Below, one piece after another: positions 10,006 to 19,389 of a DNA stretch of 64,000 nucleotides. The DNA is from an uncultured Vicinamibacteraceae bacterium (GTDB taxonomy: Bacteria; Acidobacteriota; Vicinamibacteria; Vicinamibacterales; UBA8438). Position 1 is the stretch's first letter. Each line of letters opens with the position of its first letter. The DNA lies in assembly GCA_964636705.1 (NCBI GenBank), contig CAZWUJ010000013.1, forward strand, positions 25,574-89,573, in the 5' to 3' direction. The translations under genes were made by a program, and so were the position numbers. Below the pieces are notes generated by a model, which worked only from the letters and a program-made list of their open reading frames with translations, had not been told where the DNA came from and did not search any database.

Positions 10006-10792
10006 TGAAGACGACACCCCACCGCCGGTCAACAGTGCCTTGCTTCGGACGCGTGGGACACCAGGGAATGAGCGCACTCGTCGCTCGCAACTCGCCTTCC
10101 AGTTTCTCGAGCACTACCGCGCTCACACCCTCGCGTTCGAGCAGTTTTCCGATGCGCCGGCGCGTGCTCGTGTTGCCGAACCGGACAGCGGCGTTCGCAA
10201 TATCGTCACCATCGATCTTCCCCTGCGCGAGTTCGTCGCGAATCCAGCCATAGGCTCTCGGCAGGCTGCCGAAGCGCGACCAGTCGTACACGGCGTCAAT
10301 CAGGCTCCGCGCCCGTGAAGAATAGACGGCCGTTGCCCCGTCCGGCGTCGTGAACGACTCGACACCACCCAACCTGGCGTCGCTCACCTTGATCAGGGTG
10401 AGGACGGTACTGCCGATCCGGCGTTCGCCGGACAGCCGATTGTTGTACGCGTATACCCGGTTGGGAACCTGCTCGTCCCAGCCGTAACGTTGAAAGGCGC
10501 TCGGACCGCACATCTGATAGCGCCCGCCGCGATCGGCCAGGAGCGTTTCGACAGCCATGAATTCGCTGGGGCTCCAGCGCCCTCCCGGGGGAATACGTGG
10601 CGGGACGAGGTATAGCCCTCGACGGACTCTGGCGATGAGGTTCCGTCGCGCCAGACGACTGAGAAGCTCGCGCGTCTGGACAGCCGTGATACGCAGGGCT
10701 CCGCTGATTTCCTCCGAGGCGACGGCCGGTTTGCCGCGCATCTGGATGTAGGCGAACGCCTGCGTCTCAAGCTTGCCAAGGACAGCGGACAT
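9998..10792 (-). CDS. AbiEi-family antitoxin / transcriptional regulator (type IV TA)
   Basis: N-terminal winged-helix region 'ITAVQTRELLSRLARRNLIARVRRGLYLV', then 'YQMCGPSAFQRYGWDEQVPNRVY'. Translationally coupled to abiEii. An alternative GTG start lies at 10810. Confidence 0.75.
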   Translation of the reverse strand: MSAVLGKLETQAFAYIQMRGKPAVASEEISGALRITAVQTRELLSRLARRNLIARVRRGLYLVPPRIPPGGRWSPSEFMAVETLLADRGGRYQMCGPSAFQRYGWDEQVPNRVYAYNNRLSGERRIGSTVLTLIKVSDARLGGVESFTTPDGATAVYSSRARSLIDAVYDWSRFGSLPRAYGWIRDELAQGKIDGDDIANAAVRFGNTSTRRRIGKLLEREGVSAVVLEKLEGELRATSALIPWCPTRPKQGTVDRRWGVVFNE

Positions 10793-10809
10793 GGGTGTAT
10801 TTCTTTTCA

Positions 10810-10836
10810 CGTAAATTGCTCATGAAGCAATTTACG
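10810..10836. promoter_or_regulatory. Perfect 11-bp inverted repeat, candidate AbiEi operator
   Basis: CGTAAATTGCT-catga-AGCAATTTACG sits in an AT-rich patch centred about 31 nt upstream of the abiEi ATG. Confidence 0.5.
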
Positions 10837-11128
10837 CAGATATTAACACACCGCCGCTACTGGCGGACGAGAACGTTCGCGTCAATCGCGCGCATGGGTG
10901 CGCCGCACGTGCGACCGAATACCCTCCTCCAGGCTCGCAAGGCTCCTGCGCACCGGAGGGCTGCTGAACACGGTCCGGTGAATGGCCAGGGACGTGATCC
11001 TCGATTCGGTCGTTGCCCTGTTCTCGTGTCCGTCGCACATTCCAAGATGGTCGCATGCATTACCCGGGTGATCAATCACCGGCGAAAGAACGCCCCCGAT
11101 GTGAGTATCATGGCGGCGGGAGTCCAAC

Positions 11129-12229
11129 ATGACGAAGCTGAAGGTCGCGATGCTCTCGGCGGGACTGGTCTTGAGTCACGCTGCGGTTCACGCGCAGAGC
11201 GGCGCGCCCGGTGCGTGGGACGCTCAGGGCGCCGCCGCCTACCTCGACCAGCGCGCGGACTGGTGGTCGGGCTGGGAGACGGCGGCGCGCGAACGCGGCA
11301 CGTTCTGTGTCTCGTGCCATACGACAGCTCCGTACGGTCTTGCCCGGCCGATGCTGCGACCGGCGGGCGCCGCCGGCGAGGTGACGCGGCACGAGCGCAC
11401 GGTCCTGGAGAGTGCGACGACGCGCGTCGCACTCTGGGGCGAGATTGAACCCTTCTACACGGACGAGCGCAACGGTCCGCCCAAGACAAGCGAATCGCTC
11501 GGTACGGAAGCGATCCTCAACGCCCTGATACTCGCCCGGCACGACGCCCGGAGAGGCGCGCTGAGCGACCCGACGCGTCAGGCGTTCGACCACCTCTGGG
11601 CGCTGCAACAGACGAGCGGTGACGCCGCGGGCGCCTGGCCCTGGCTGTACTTCAACCTCGCGCCGTGGGAATCGAAAGAGGGGCCGTACCACGGGGCGGC
11701 GCTGGCCGCCGTTGCCGTCGGAGCCGCACCGGAGAACTACGGCGCCCGCCCCGCCATCCAGGAGAATGTCGAACGGCTCCGCGACTACCTGCGACGGCAA
11801 CTCGACGGCCAGCCGCCGTTCAATCGCGCCATGGCGCTGTGGGCGTCCGGCGCACTGCCCGGGCTGCTGACGGACAAGCAACGGCAGGCAGTTGTCGACG
11901 AGATCGCCGCCCTTCAGCAGGACGACGGCGGCTGGAGCCTGTCGTCGCTGGGAGACTGGTCCCGCCGCGACGACACTCCGGTGGACACGAACAGCGACGG
12001 CTATGCGACCGGATTGGTCACGTTCGCCCTGCAGCAGGCGGGCCTGTCACGAGATCACGACGTGGTCGCGAGCGGGCTCGCCTGGCTCGTCCGGAACCAG
12101 GACGCCGACGGATCGTGGCCTGCCGCGTCGCTCAACCGGAAGCACGATCCGGGGTCGGACCGTGGTCGCTTCATGCGTGATGCCGCCACCGCGCATGCCG
12201 TCCTCGCCCTCACCGGCGGCGAGCCGTAG
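11129..12229 (+). CDS. Secreted protein with one CXXCH haem-c motif and prenyltransferase/terpene-cyclase-like repeats
   Basis: Signal peptide 'MLSAGLVLSHAAVHAQ', motif 'FCVSCHTT', and alpha/alpha-toroid-like repeats 'DDGGWSL', 'DGYATGLVTFALQQAGL' and 'WLVRNQDADGSWPA'. Confidence 0.6.
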   Translation: MTKLKVAMLSAGLVLSHAAVHAQSGAPGAWDAQGAAAYLDQRADWWSGWETAARERGTFCVSCHTTAPYGLARPMLRPAGAAGEVTRHERTVLESATTRVALWGEIEPFYTDERNGPPKTSESLGTEAILNALILARHDARRGALSDPTRQAFDHLWALQQTSGDAAGAWPWLYFNLAPWESKEGPYHGAALAAVAVGAAPENYGARPAIQENVERLRDYLRRQLDGQPPFNRAMALWASGALPGLLTDKQRQAVVDEIAALQQDDGGWSLSSLGDWSRRDDTPVDTNSDGYATGLVTFALQQAGLSRDHDVVASGLAWLVRNQDADGSWPAASLNRKHDPGSDRGRFMRDAATAHAVLALTGGEP

Positions 12230-12462
12230 CCGGAAGGCCCTTGCCAGAGCGGCGGGAACGTGACAAGCTAACCCAGCTACTTTTCTGAGACCTGCCGCTG
12301 ATTCTCGGCGTTCTGCCGAAGCTGAAGCTCCAATCCTCACCAAAGCGGCTATCTACGCGCGCGCGGCTTCATGAGGAAGCTGAGAGGCATTGCCGTCAAC
12401 TTGACAATCTCCTCGGCGCGTTCGCGGCCAATGGCGGCCGAACTCACTGAGAGGACTCACAC

Positions 12463-12666
12463 ATGTCAACCACGACCGGCACGATCAAGCGCATGACGGA
12501 CAGGGGCTTCGGCTTCATCGCCGCACCCGATGGCGTCGAGTACTTCTTCCACCGCTCCGCGTGCACGAGCACGCCATTCGACGCGCTGCGCGAAGGCGAT
12601 AGCGTGACATTTACGCTCGGCCGAGGCCCGAAGGGTCCGCGGGCCGAGAACGTCACCCCGGCCTGA
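12463..12666 (+). CDS. Cold-shock domain protein (CspA family)
   Basis: 67 aa. 'GTIKRMTDRGFGFI' carries the RNP1-like motif and 'EYFFH' is RNP2-like. GAGAGG lies upstream of the ATG. Confidence 0.9.
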   Translation: MSTTTGTIKRMTDRGFGFIAAPDGVEYFFHRSACTSTPFDALREGDSVTFTLGRGPKGPRAENVTPA

Positions 12667-12762
12667 CCGGATCATTCGGATCCGCTCTCGGCGGCCCATC
12701 AGGGTCGCTCACGCCCGCAAGACGCTGCCCGGCGGCTGCCGGTCCGGCTGACGCCGGCCCGT

Positions 12763-14385
12763 TCACTGCGCGAGCAGGAGATAGCAGCCGACCGAGCAGA
12801 CGCTCACGAACACCGCCAGCGCTTTCGCGTGCTTCCAGGGCGTCATGTCCACCGGCGCCGCGCCAGGCTCTGCGGCACGGCTCCGGGCGGGCCGGAGCCT
12901 GGCAGAGACCAGCATGAAAGCGGCCACCGCCACGAAGACGATCGCGAGGAAGTGCAGGAAGTGGATTTCGTGTGTCGTGCCCAACACGCCCTGCAGGAAC
13001 GCCTGCACGGGATCGTCGAACGAGAAGACCATCAGGAAGAACAGGACCGGGCCGCCGACCAGGCCCGCCTTGGCCGCGAACGCCGAGACCCGCGCTGAGA
13101 ACATGCCCAGCAGGATCACCGCAAGCATCGGACCGAAGAACGCCGCGTTGATCGTCTGCAGATAGTTGTACAGGCTGCCCGACGTGTCGAGCATCGGCGC
13201 GACGAGCATCGCGGCCGCCGCGATCGCGATACTGCACGCGCGGCCAGCACGGACGAACTCGCGCGGGGAGGCATCCGGCCGCATGACCGAACCGTAGATG
13301 TCGCGGCAGAACAGCGTGGCGGACGAGTTCAGCACGCTGTTGAATGTGCTCAGCACGGCGCCCACCATGACCGCGGCGAAGAAACCGGTCAGCCAGTCCG
13401 GCAGAACCGCCCTCACGAGCGTCGGGTAGGCCAGCAGGTAGTCCTCGGGCCCCAGCGTGTCCTTGAACATGTGGTAGGCGATCACACCCGGCAGCACGAC
13501 GATGAGAGGGCCCACCAGCTTGAAGCACGCGGCGATCAGGACTCCCTTCTGCCCTTCCTTGAGATTCCTGGCCCCCAGACCCCGCTGGATGAACTGCTGC
13601 CCGGTGCACCAGGCGAAGGCCTGGTTGACGACCATGCCCGTGAACAGGGCGCCGAACGGCAGGAACGAGCCCGGCTCGTCGCCCGTGATGTCGAACTTCG
13701 GATGCTCCTCCACGTACACGGTCTCGAGCCCCGCCCAGGGATTCCCGTTTCCGATCTGGATCAGCGCCAGCAGGGGAATCAGCAGGCCGCCCAGGAGGAA
13801 CCCGACGCCATTGATCGTGTCCGATATCGCGACAGCCTTGAGGCCCCCGAGAATCGCGTAGAGCGAACCCAGCGTTCCGACACCCCAGACGAGGAGCCAG
13901 ATCACCTGCGCCTGGCTCAGGCCGAACGCCTCCTGCAAGCCGAACAGGCTGTCGATGCCGGTGGCTCCGGACAGCAGCACCACGGGCAGGATCGCGAGCA
14001 CGTACGAGAACAGGAACACGCTCGCGGCGATCACGCCGGTGGCCCTGTCGTAGCGGGCGGCAAGGTACTCCGGTATGGTCGACAGGCCCATGCGCAAGAA
14101 GCGGGGCAGGAAGAAGAGCGCGGTTGCGACCATCGCGATCGCTGCGGTCGTCTCCCAGGCGGTGACGGCGATGGTGTGGTTGAAGGCGTCCCCGTTCAGG
14201 CCGATCAGGTGCTCGGTCGAGAGGTTGGTGAGCATCAGCGAGCCGGCAATGACCCAGGCTGACAGGCTGCGGCCTCCAAGGAAGTACGCGTCCCAGGTCG
14301 TCATCCTGTCGTGTCGCGTGCAGGCGTAGGAAACCGCCGCGACCAGCAGGGTGAAGCCCAGGAAAGACACGGTAGTCACAAGCAC
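12763..14385 (-). CDS. Sodium:solute symporter (SSS/SLC5) family transporter
   Basis: 540 aa with about 13 hydrophobic segments. 'AYFLGGRSLSAWVIAGSLMLTNLSTEHLIGLNG' is typical of the SSS N-terminus. Confidence 0.85.
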   Translation of the reverse strand: MLVTTVSFLGFTLLVAAVSYACTRHDRMTTWDAYFLGGRSLSAWVIAGSLMLTNLSTEHLIGLNGDAFNHTIAVTAWETTAAIAMVATALFFLPRFLRMGLSTIPEYLAARYDRATGVIAASVFLFSYVLAILPVVLLSGATGIDSLFGLQEAFGLSQAQVIWLLVWGVGTLGSLYAILGGLKAVAISDTINGVGFLLGGLLIPLLALIQIGNGNPWAGLETVYVEEHPKFDITGDEPGSFLPFGALFTGMVVNQAFAWCTGQQFIQRGLGARNLKEGQKGVLIAACFKLVGPLIVVLPGVIAYHMFKDTLGPEDYLLAYPTLVRAVLPDWLTGFFAAVMVGAVLSTFNSVLNSSATLFCRDIYGSVMRPDASPREFVRAGRACSIAIAAAAMLVAPMLDTSGSLYNYLQTINAAFFGPMLAVILLGMFSARVSAFAAKAGLVGGPVLFFLMVFSFDDPVQAFLQGVLGTTHEIHFLHFLAIVFVAVAAFMLVSARLRPARSRAAEPGAAPVDMTPWKHAKALAVFVSVCSVGCYLLLAQ

Positions 14386-14439
14386 GTCGGTATCTTAAGA
14401 ACTTCAGGAAAACATAAGAAGAACTTCAGCAAGCCTTCA

Positions 14440-16130
14440 GATACCGCCGCCCTGCTCCACCTACGCGGAGCTCGGACTCTCGACAACCACCGGATCCGAC
14501 GGAACCTTCGTCATCCGCGAGATCCCCGCTGGCAGCTACAGCCTGACCGTGACCCGACAGGGATTCGCTCCCCTCACCTCCCGCATCACCGTGGCGGCGG
14601 GAGCGCCGATCCGGCTCGACCTGCGCCTCCCGGCCGCGGCGTTTCAGGAAGCGGTGGTGGTCACCGGGATTCGAAGCGAGCTGGCCCTCGCCGAAGAGAC
14701 GGACACGGGCAGCCGCCTGGGCTTGACCGCCATGGAAGTCCCGGCGTCACTCAATGTCGTCGACAGTTCGGGGGCTACGTCCAACGGATGAACCCAAGCT
14801 CGTCCAACGTCACCGGCAGTCTTCTGTGCTGCTGCCGGAGGCCCACGTCGTCGAACCCCTCGACGTCATCACGACGACGACGGGGGAAGGCATCGACGCG
14901 CGCACGCGCTTCCTCAACTACAACGTGGGGGACGCCATCAACGATTCGCGCCAGCTCCTGGTCCGCTCCGACGCGGAGTTCCGCCTGAGCGACCAGGTCA
15001 CGCTCCGCAACACGGCGTACGGGTTCGGCGCCGATCGAGACTGACAGAACGGCGACGGCTTCGCCTACTGCACCTCCGTCGTCGACGTGTGCAAGCGGGT
15101 CGGCGAGGTCCAGCGGTACTACGGCTACTTCTGGCTCGACCACGATCAGCGGCTCTACGGCGACCGGCTGTTCCTCGACGTGCGCACGCCGACGGCGGCG
15201 GGCGAGAACCGGGCGACGATCGGCTTCGAAGTCTCCGCGCTCGACTTCGAGCGCACGCGCGGCTTCCGGATCAACGTGCCGCAAGTGCCTGGCGACGGCG
15301 TCGATCTGCTGAACCCGGTGCCGGGTGTCTATGGGACGCGGGAGCTCCGCGGGATCGCGCCGACCACCATCGACTCGCGGGCGTTCTTCATCGAAGACTC
15401 CCTGTCGGTCACCAGTCGCCTGCGCGTCACCGGAGCCCTGCGCTACGAGGGGATGGACCTGGAGCGCGTGAACCTGAACGCGAGGCGCGAGGTCGAGGGC
15501 GGCGGCTTTACACGCGCGCTCCGGTGGTGGAGCTGGCGTGCCGGGACCGTCGTGGACCTGCGCAGCGACCTGGTCGCCTACGCGCAGATGAGCAATGCGA
15601 AGGACCCCGTGGACGCCAACATCTTCCTCGTCAATGCGAGCCGGGACTTCGACCTGACTGACGCCCGCCAATGGGAGGTCGGACTGAAGGCGGATCTGGC
15701 CGGCGGCCGGACGCAGGTCACCGCCGCATGGTTCGATATCGAGCGCGACGACGTGCTGGAGCAGTTCGCCCGCGACAGCGCGACCACCATTGGCGGGATC
15801 GCCTCGCGCGGGTTCGAACTCGCCGCGGCGGCCAACCCGTCGGAAGGCGTGCGCATCGGCGCCAGCCTGGCCGTCACCGACGCGGTATTCCTGCCGTCGG
15901 CCAACTTCGTGCAGTTCGCCGGGAACACGCCGCCGAACGTGCCGACCATGCTGACGAACCTCTGGGCCAGCGCCCGGGACATCGGCGGAACGCCGGTCGA
16001 GATCGGCGGCGCGGTGCGAGTGGTCGGCGACCGCCAGGCCAACAACGCCAACACGATTGTCCTGAACGGCTACGCGCTGGCCGACGCCTGGGTCGCATGG
16101 GCGAATGACCGCGTGCGAGGTTCACGGTCA
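14440..16130 (+). pseudogene. Degraded TonB-dependent receptor with CarboxypepD_reg-like N-terminus
   Basis: The homology is split over three frames (14549-14791, 14754-15044, 15087-16187). Recognisable pieces are 'DGTFVIREIPAGSYSLTVTRQGF', the plug start 'EAVVVTG...LTAMEVPASLNVVD', and barrel strands 'QVTAAWFDIERDDVL' and 'GFELAAAANP'. There is an in-frame TGA at 15042-15044. Most of the plug and the C-terminal strand are missing, and the total is about 560 codons where 900 or more are expected. Confidence 0.6.
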
Positions 16131-17563
16131 TGGGTCCGCGCAACGGGTCGGCGACACGTATCGCGGCCAGCTTGCGGCGCGGGTTGATCTGGACGCACCG
16201 CTACGTCGGGATTCCCCTCAGCCCGCTGTTCATACTCTGGTTCCTCACCGGTGTCGTCATGATGTACACCGGCGGCATGCCGGAGCTGGCGCCGGAGCAG
16301 CGGATCGAGCGCAGGGAGCCGCTCGATCTCTCCCGGATCCGCTTGACCCCGGAGGCCGCCGCGGAGCGCGGCGAAGTCCGCCGGCCGCCAACGCAAGCGA
16401 AGTTGCTATCGGTTGTGGGGCGGCCCGCGTACCGCTTCGACAGCGTCACCGTCTTTGCCGACACCGGCGAGCGGCTTTCCCCGCTGGAGCCGCAGGAAGC
16501 CGTGAAGGTGGTGCGCCAGTTCATTGGCGCGCCGCAGGCGAGCATCTCGCATGCCCGCCTGGTCGTGGAGCCGGATCAGTGGATGCTGATCGCGCAGCAG
16601 TTCCTGCCGGCGCACAAGTTCCTGGTGTCCGACGCCGCCGGCACGGAGGTCTACGTCGAACAGTGGACGGGCGAGGTGGGGATGGTCACGACCCGAGGGA
16701 GCCGGGCCCTGGCCTGGATCGGCGCAATCCCGCACTGGTTCTATCTGCCCGCCCTCCGGATCGACCGCCCGCTGTGGGAAGCGGTCATCGTCTGGACCTC
16801 GGCGATCGGCTGCCTGATCGCGATCGCCGGCCTGCTGCTCGGACTGATTCAGTTCCGGTGGAAGCGGACCCAGCGCAACCAATCGCGAATTCCCTACGCC
16901 GGCTGGCTCCGGTGGCACTACCTCACCGGCGTCGTCTTCGGCGTCGTCACGCTGACGTGGGTCTTCAGCGGGCTGTTGTCGGTTCAGCCGTTCGCGTGGA
17001 TGACGGCGGAGGGCCTGCACGTTCCGCCCGAGGCGGTCAGCGGTGGCGTGCTGGATCTGGGCGACTTCCCGCCCATCGATCCGGCGGCCTGGGACCAGGC
17101 GACATCAGGGAGGGCGGTCAAGGAAGTCGAGTTGCTTCGGATCGAGGGCGTGGCGCACTACGACGTCCTGATGGCAGGCGAATCGGCGGCGTCAGACGGC
17201 CAAAGCCCACCTGGCCGCCTGCTGGTCGGCCCGGACCGTCCCCCGCTGCCCGCCGTGCGGATTCGCTTTGCCGACCCGATGCGGACGTGGGTGTACGTGG
17301 ACCCCGCCACGAGCCGGCTCCTCCAGACGGTCACCCGTTGCGGCCGGCTCGAGCGCTGGCTGTTCAACGGGCTGCACAGCCTGGACTTCAACTTCTGGTA
17401 CGACCGCCGGCCGCTCTGGGACCTCGGGTTGATCGCGCTGATGACGGGCGGCCTCGTGTCCAGCGGAAATCGGCCTCTGGCTGGGCGCGGGCCGGATTCG
17501 CCGCGCGCTGCGGCGGCCATAGGCCTTGCGGGCCCGCGGTTCACTCCCGCGCGCGGGGAATGA
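16130..17563 (+). CDS. PepSY-associated TM helix protein (PiuB-like)
   Basis: 'LIWTHRYVGIPLSPLFILWFLTGVVMMY' and 'IPHWFYLPALR' are hallmarks of PepSY_TM proteins, which usually partner siderophore receptors. Confidence 0.8.
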   Translation: MGPRNGSATRIAASLRRGLIWTHRYVGIPLSPLFILWFLTGVVMMYTGGMPELAPEQRIERREPLDLSRIRLTPEAAAERGEVRRPPTQAKLLSVVGRPAYRFDSVTVFADTGERLSPLEPQEAVKVVRQFIGAPQASISHARLVVEPDQWMLIAQQFLPAHKFLVSDAAGTEVYVEQWTGEVGMVTTRGSRALAWIGAIPHWFYLPALRIDRPLWEAVIVWTSAIGCLIAIAGLLLGLIQFRWKRTQRNQSRIPYAGWLRWHYLTGVVFGVVTLTWVFSGLLSVQPFAWMTAEGLHVPPEAVSGGVLDLGDFPPIDPAAWDQATSGRAVKEVELLRIEGVAHYDVLMAGESAASDGQSPPGRLLVGPDRPPLPAVRIRFADPMRTWVYVDPATSRLLQTVTRCGRLERWLFNGLHSLDFNFWYDRRPLWDLGLIALMTGGLVSSGNRPLAGRGPDSPRAAAAIGLAGPRFTPARGE

Positions 17564-19364
17564 GCTCGAGGGTGATCCGCTCGCCGTCGCGGTCGACGAT
17601 CACCTCGGCAGGCTGGTCGACGCGGAGCAGATCGAGGGCGAACATGTAGTCGTAGATGTCGCCCACCTCGCGGCCGGCGAGGCTGACGATGACGTCACCC
17701 CCTTCGATTCCCGCTTCCGCCGCGGGACCTCCGGCGACGACCCCCGAGAGCGCGAGCCCCTCCGTTTCCTGCGTGTAATCCGGGATGGTGCCAGTATAGA
17801 TGCGCATCATCGCGGTGCCGCCCTGCTGTTCCTCGCGCTCCACCTCGACGAAGTCGGGCGGCTCCGGACGGAGGGCGAGGCTGCCGGTGACGGCGGCGGC
17901 GAGGTCGACGATCTTCGCGATGCCATCGTAGTTGAGCGTGTGCGCGTCGTCGCTCGGCCGGTGATATTCCTCGTGCGAGCCGGTGAAGAAGTTGAGGCTC
18001 GGGACGCCGGCGTCGTTCAGGCTGCGGACATCGGTCGGCAAGTACGGGTCGGCCACGAACGACAGCGTCAGTCCGACCGGCTCGTTGAGCTCCTCCACCA
18101 GATCGGTCCAGATGGAGCTGCTGCCCACCGCCTGCACGTTGACGGTGTTCTCGCGCAGGCGGCCCACCATGTCGAAGTTGAGGTAGGCGGCGATCTCGTC
18201 GGCCGGCACCAGCTCCCGCTCGACGAAGTCGTCGGAGCCGAGGAGTCCCAGCTCCTCCCCCGACCAGAACGCCAGGATGACGCCCCGGTCGCGCTCGACG
18301 GCGCCCATCCGCTCGCCGATCGCGAGGACGGCGGCGGTGCCGGACGCGTTGTCGTCGGCGCCGTTGTGGATCTCGCCCACTTCGTCGTCACGCGCCAGCG
18401 AATCGCCGCCGCGGCCTCGGCCCAGATGGTCGTAGTGGGCGCCGAGCAGGAGGTACGGCTTGTCCACCTCCGCGTCGTTGGTCGGCGGCAGCCAGCCGAT
18501 CACGTTGTGGCCGGTGCCCGGCTGCCGCTCCAGGCGGACGTCGAGTGACGCGCTAAGCGGCAGATCGAAGCCGGCGATGTGGGGGTTGGCGGTGTCGAGC
18601 TCCGCCTGCACCTCGGCGAGGGAGCGGCCGGCGCTCTCGACAATCGCGGCGCCGAGCGCGCCATCGACCGTCGCCGCGACCAGGCCGGCGTCGCCCATCG
18701 CGTTGTCGAAGGTGAGCGGCGCGAGTTCTCCCGCGTTGGGCGACGTCGGACCCGTCACCACGATCAGGCCCACCGCGCCGCGCTCGCGCGCCACGAACGC
18801 CTTGTTGCGAAGTCCCGCGACGCGCGACAGCTCGCCGCGTACGTCGCCCTCCGATTCCTCCGGAAAGTAGCGGAGGACGACGGCGATCTTTCCTTCGACA
18901 TCGAGGGTCGCGTAGCTGTCGTAGCTGAAGCCGTCGGCGGCCTCCGGAACCGACAGGCCGTAGCCCGCGAAGACGAGCGGCGCCTCGACGGCGGCGGTCT
19001 CGGAGAAGGCGAGGCCACGGACGGGCGAGCCCTCGCCGGCGGACGGAGCGGGCAACTCGACGGGCGCGCCGTCGGCATCGCTTAGCGCGATCGTGGTGCC
19101 GCTGTCCTCGATTCCCGACGTGAACGTGAACTCGTGGCGGTAGGCGTCGTAGCCCGGCAGCGGCTCGGCGCCGATCGACTGCAACTGGCCGATCAGATAG
19201 TGCGCCGCCATCTGCTCGCCCGTCGATCCCGTGAGGCGGCCTTCGTAGTCGTCACTTGCCAGGATCTCGACGACCGTCCGCGTGTCGTCCGGCGGGGGCG
19301 GGCCGCAGGCGGCCGCAAGGACGAAGAATCCAATCAGTGACCCGGCGCACGCGCGTGTTCTCAT
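17541..19364 (-). CDS. M28-family aminopeptidase with PA and C-terminal PDZ domains
   Basis: Metal ligand motifs 'LLLGAHYDHLG', 'DDNASGTAAVL' and 'SGEELGLLGS'. C-terminal PDZ region 'GGPAAEAGIEGGDVIVSLAG'. Confidence 0.85.
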   Translation of the reverse strand: MRTRACAGSLIGFFVLAAACGPPPPDDTRTVVEILASDDYEGRLTGSTGEQMAAHYLIGQLQSIGAEPLPGYDAYRHEFTFTSGIEDSGTTIALSDADGAPVELPAPSAGEGSPVRGLAFSETAAVEAPLVFAGYGLSVPEAADGFSYDSYATLDVEGKIAVVLRYFPEESEGDVRGELSRVAGLRNKAFVARERGAVGLIVVTGPTSPNAGELAPLTFDNAMGDAGLVAATVDGALGAAIVESAGRSLAEVQAELDTANPHIAGFDLPLSASLDVRLERQPGTGHNVIGWLPPTNDAEVDKPYLLLGAHYDHLGRGRGGDSLARDDEVGEIHNGADDNASGTAAVLAIGERMGAVERDRGVILAFWSGEELGLLGSDDFVERELVPADEIAAYLNFDMVGRLRENTVNVQAVGSSSIWTDLVEELNEPVGLTLSFVADPYLPTDVRSLNDAGVPSLNFFTGSHEEYHRPSDDAHTLNYDGIAKIVDLAAAVTGSLALRPEPPDFVEVEREEQQGGTAMMRIYTGTIPDYTQETEGLALSGVVAGGPAAEAGIEGGDVIVSLAGREVGDIYDYMFALDLLRVDQPAEVIVDRDGERITLELIPRARE

Positions 19365-19389
19365 CGTCGATCTCCCGCTGGTAGCGCGA

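Noticed and set aside
10795-11448. 217-aa plus-strand ORF spanning the abiEi promoter region and the start of the next gene
   Set aside because: It crosses an obvious intergenic AT-rich promoter patch and overlaps the better-supported signal-peptide-bearing ORF at 11129 in another frame. No motifs are visible.
12401-12406. TTGACA hexamer about 60 nt upstream of the cold-shock gene, considered as a -35 box
   Set aside because: No acceptable -10 hexamer is found at 16-18 nt spacing (GCGGCC follows). One hexamer alone is not evidence. A long csp 5' UTR is plausible but cannot be delimited.
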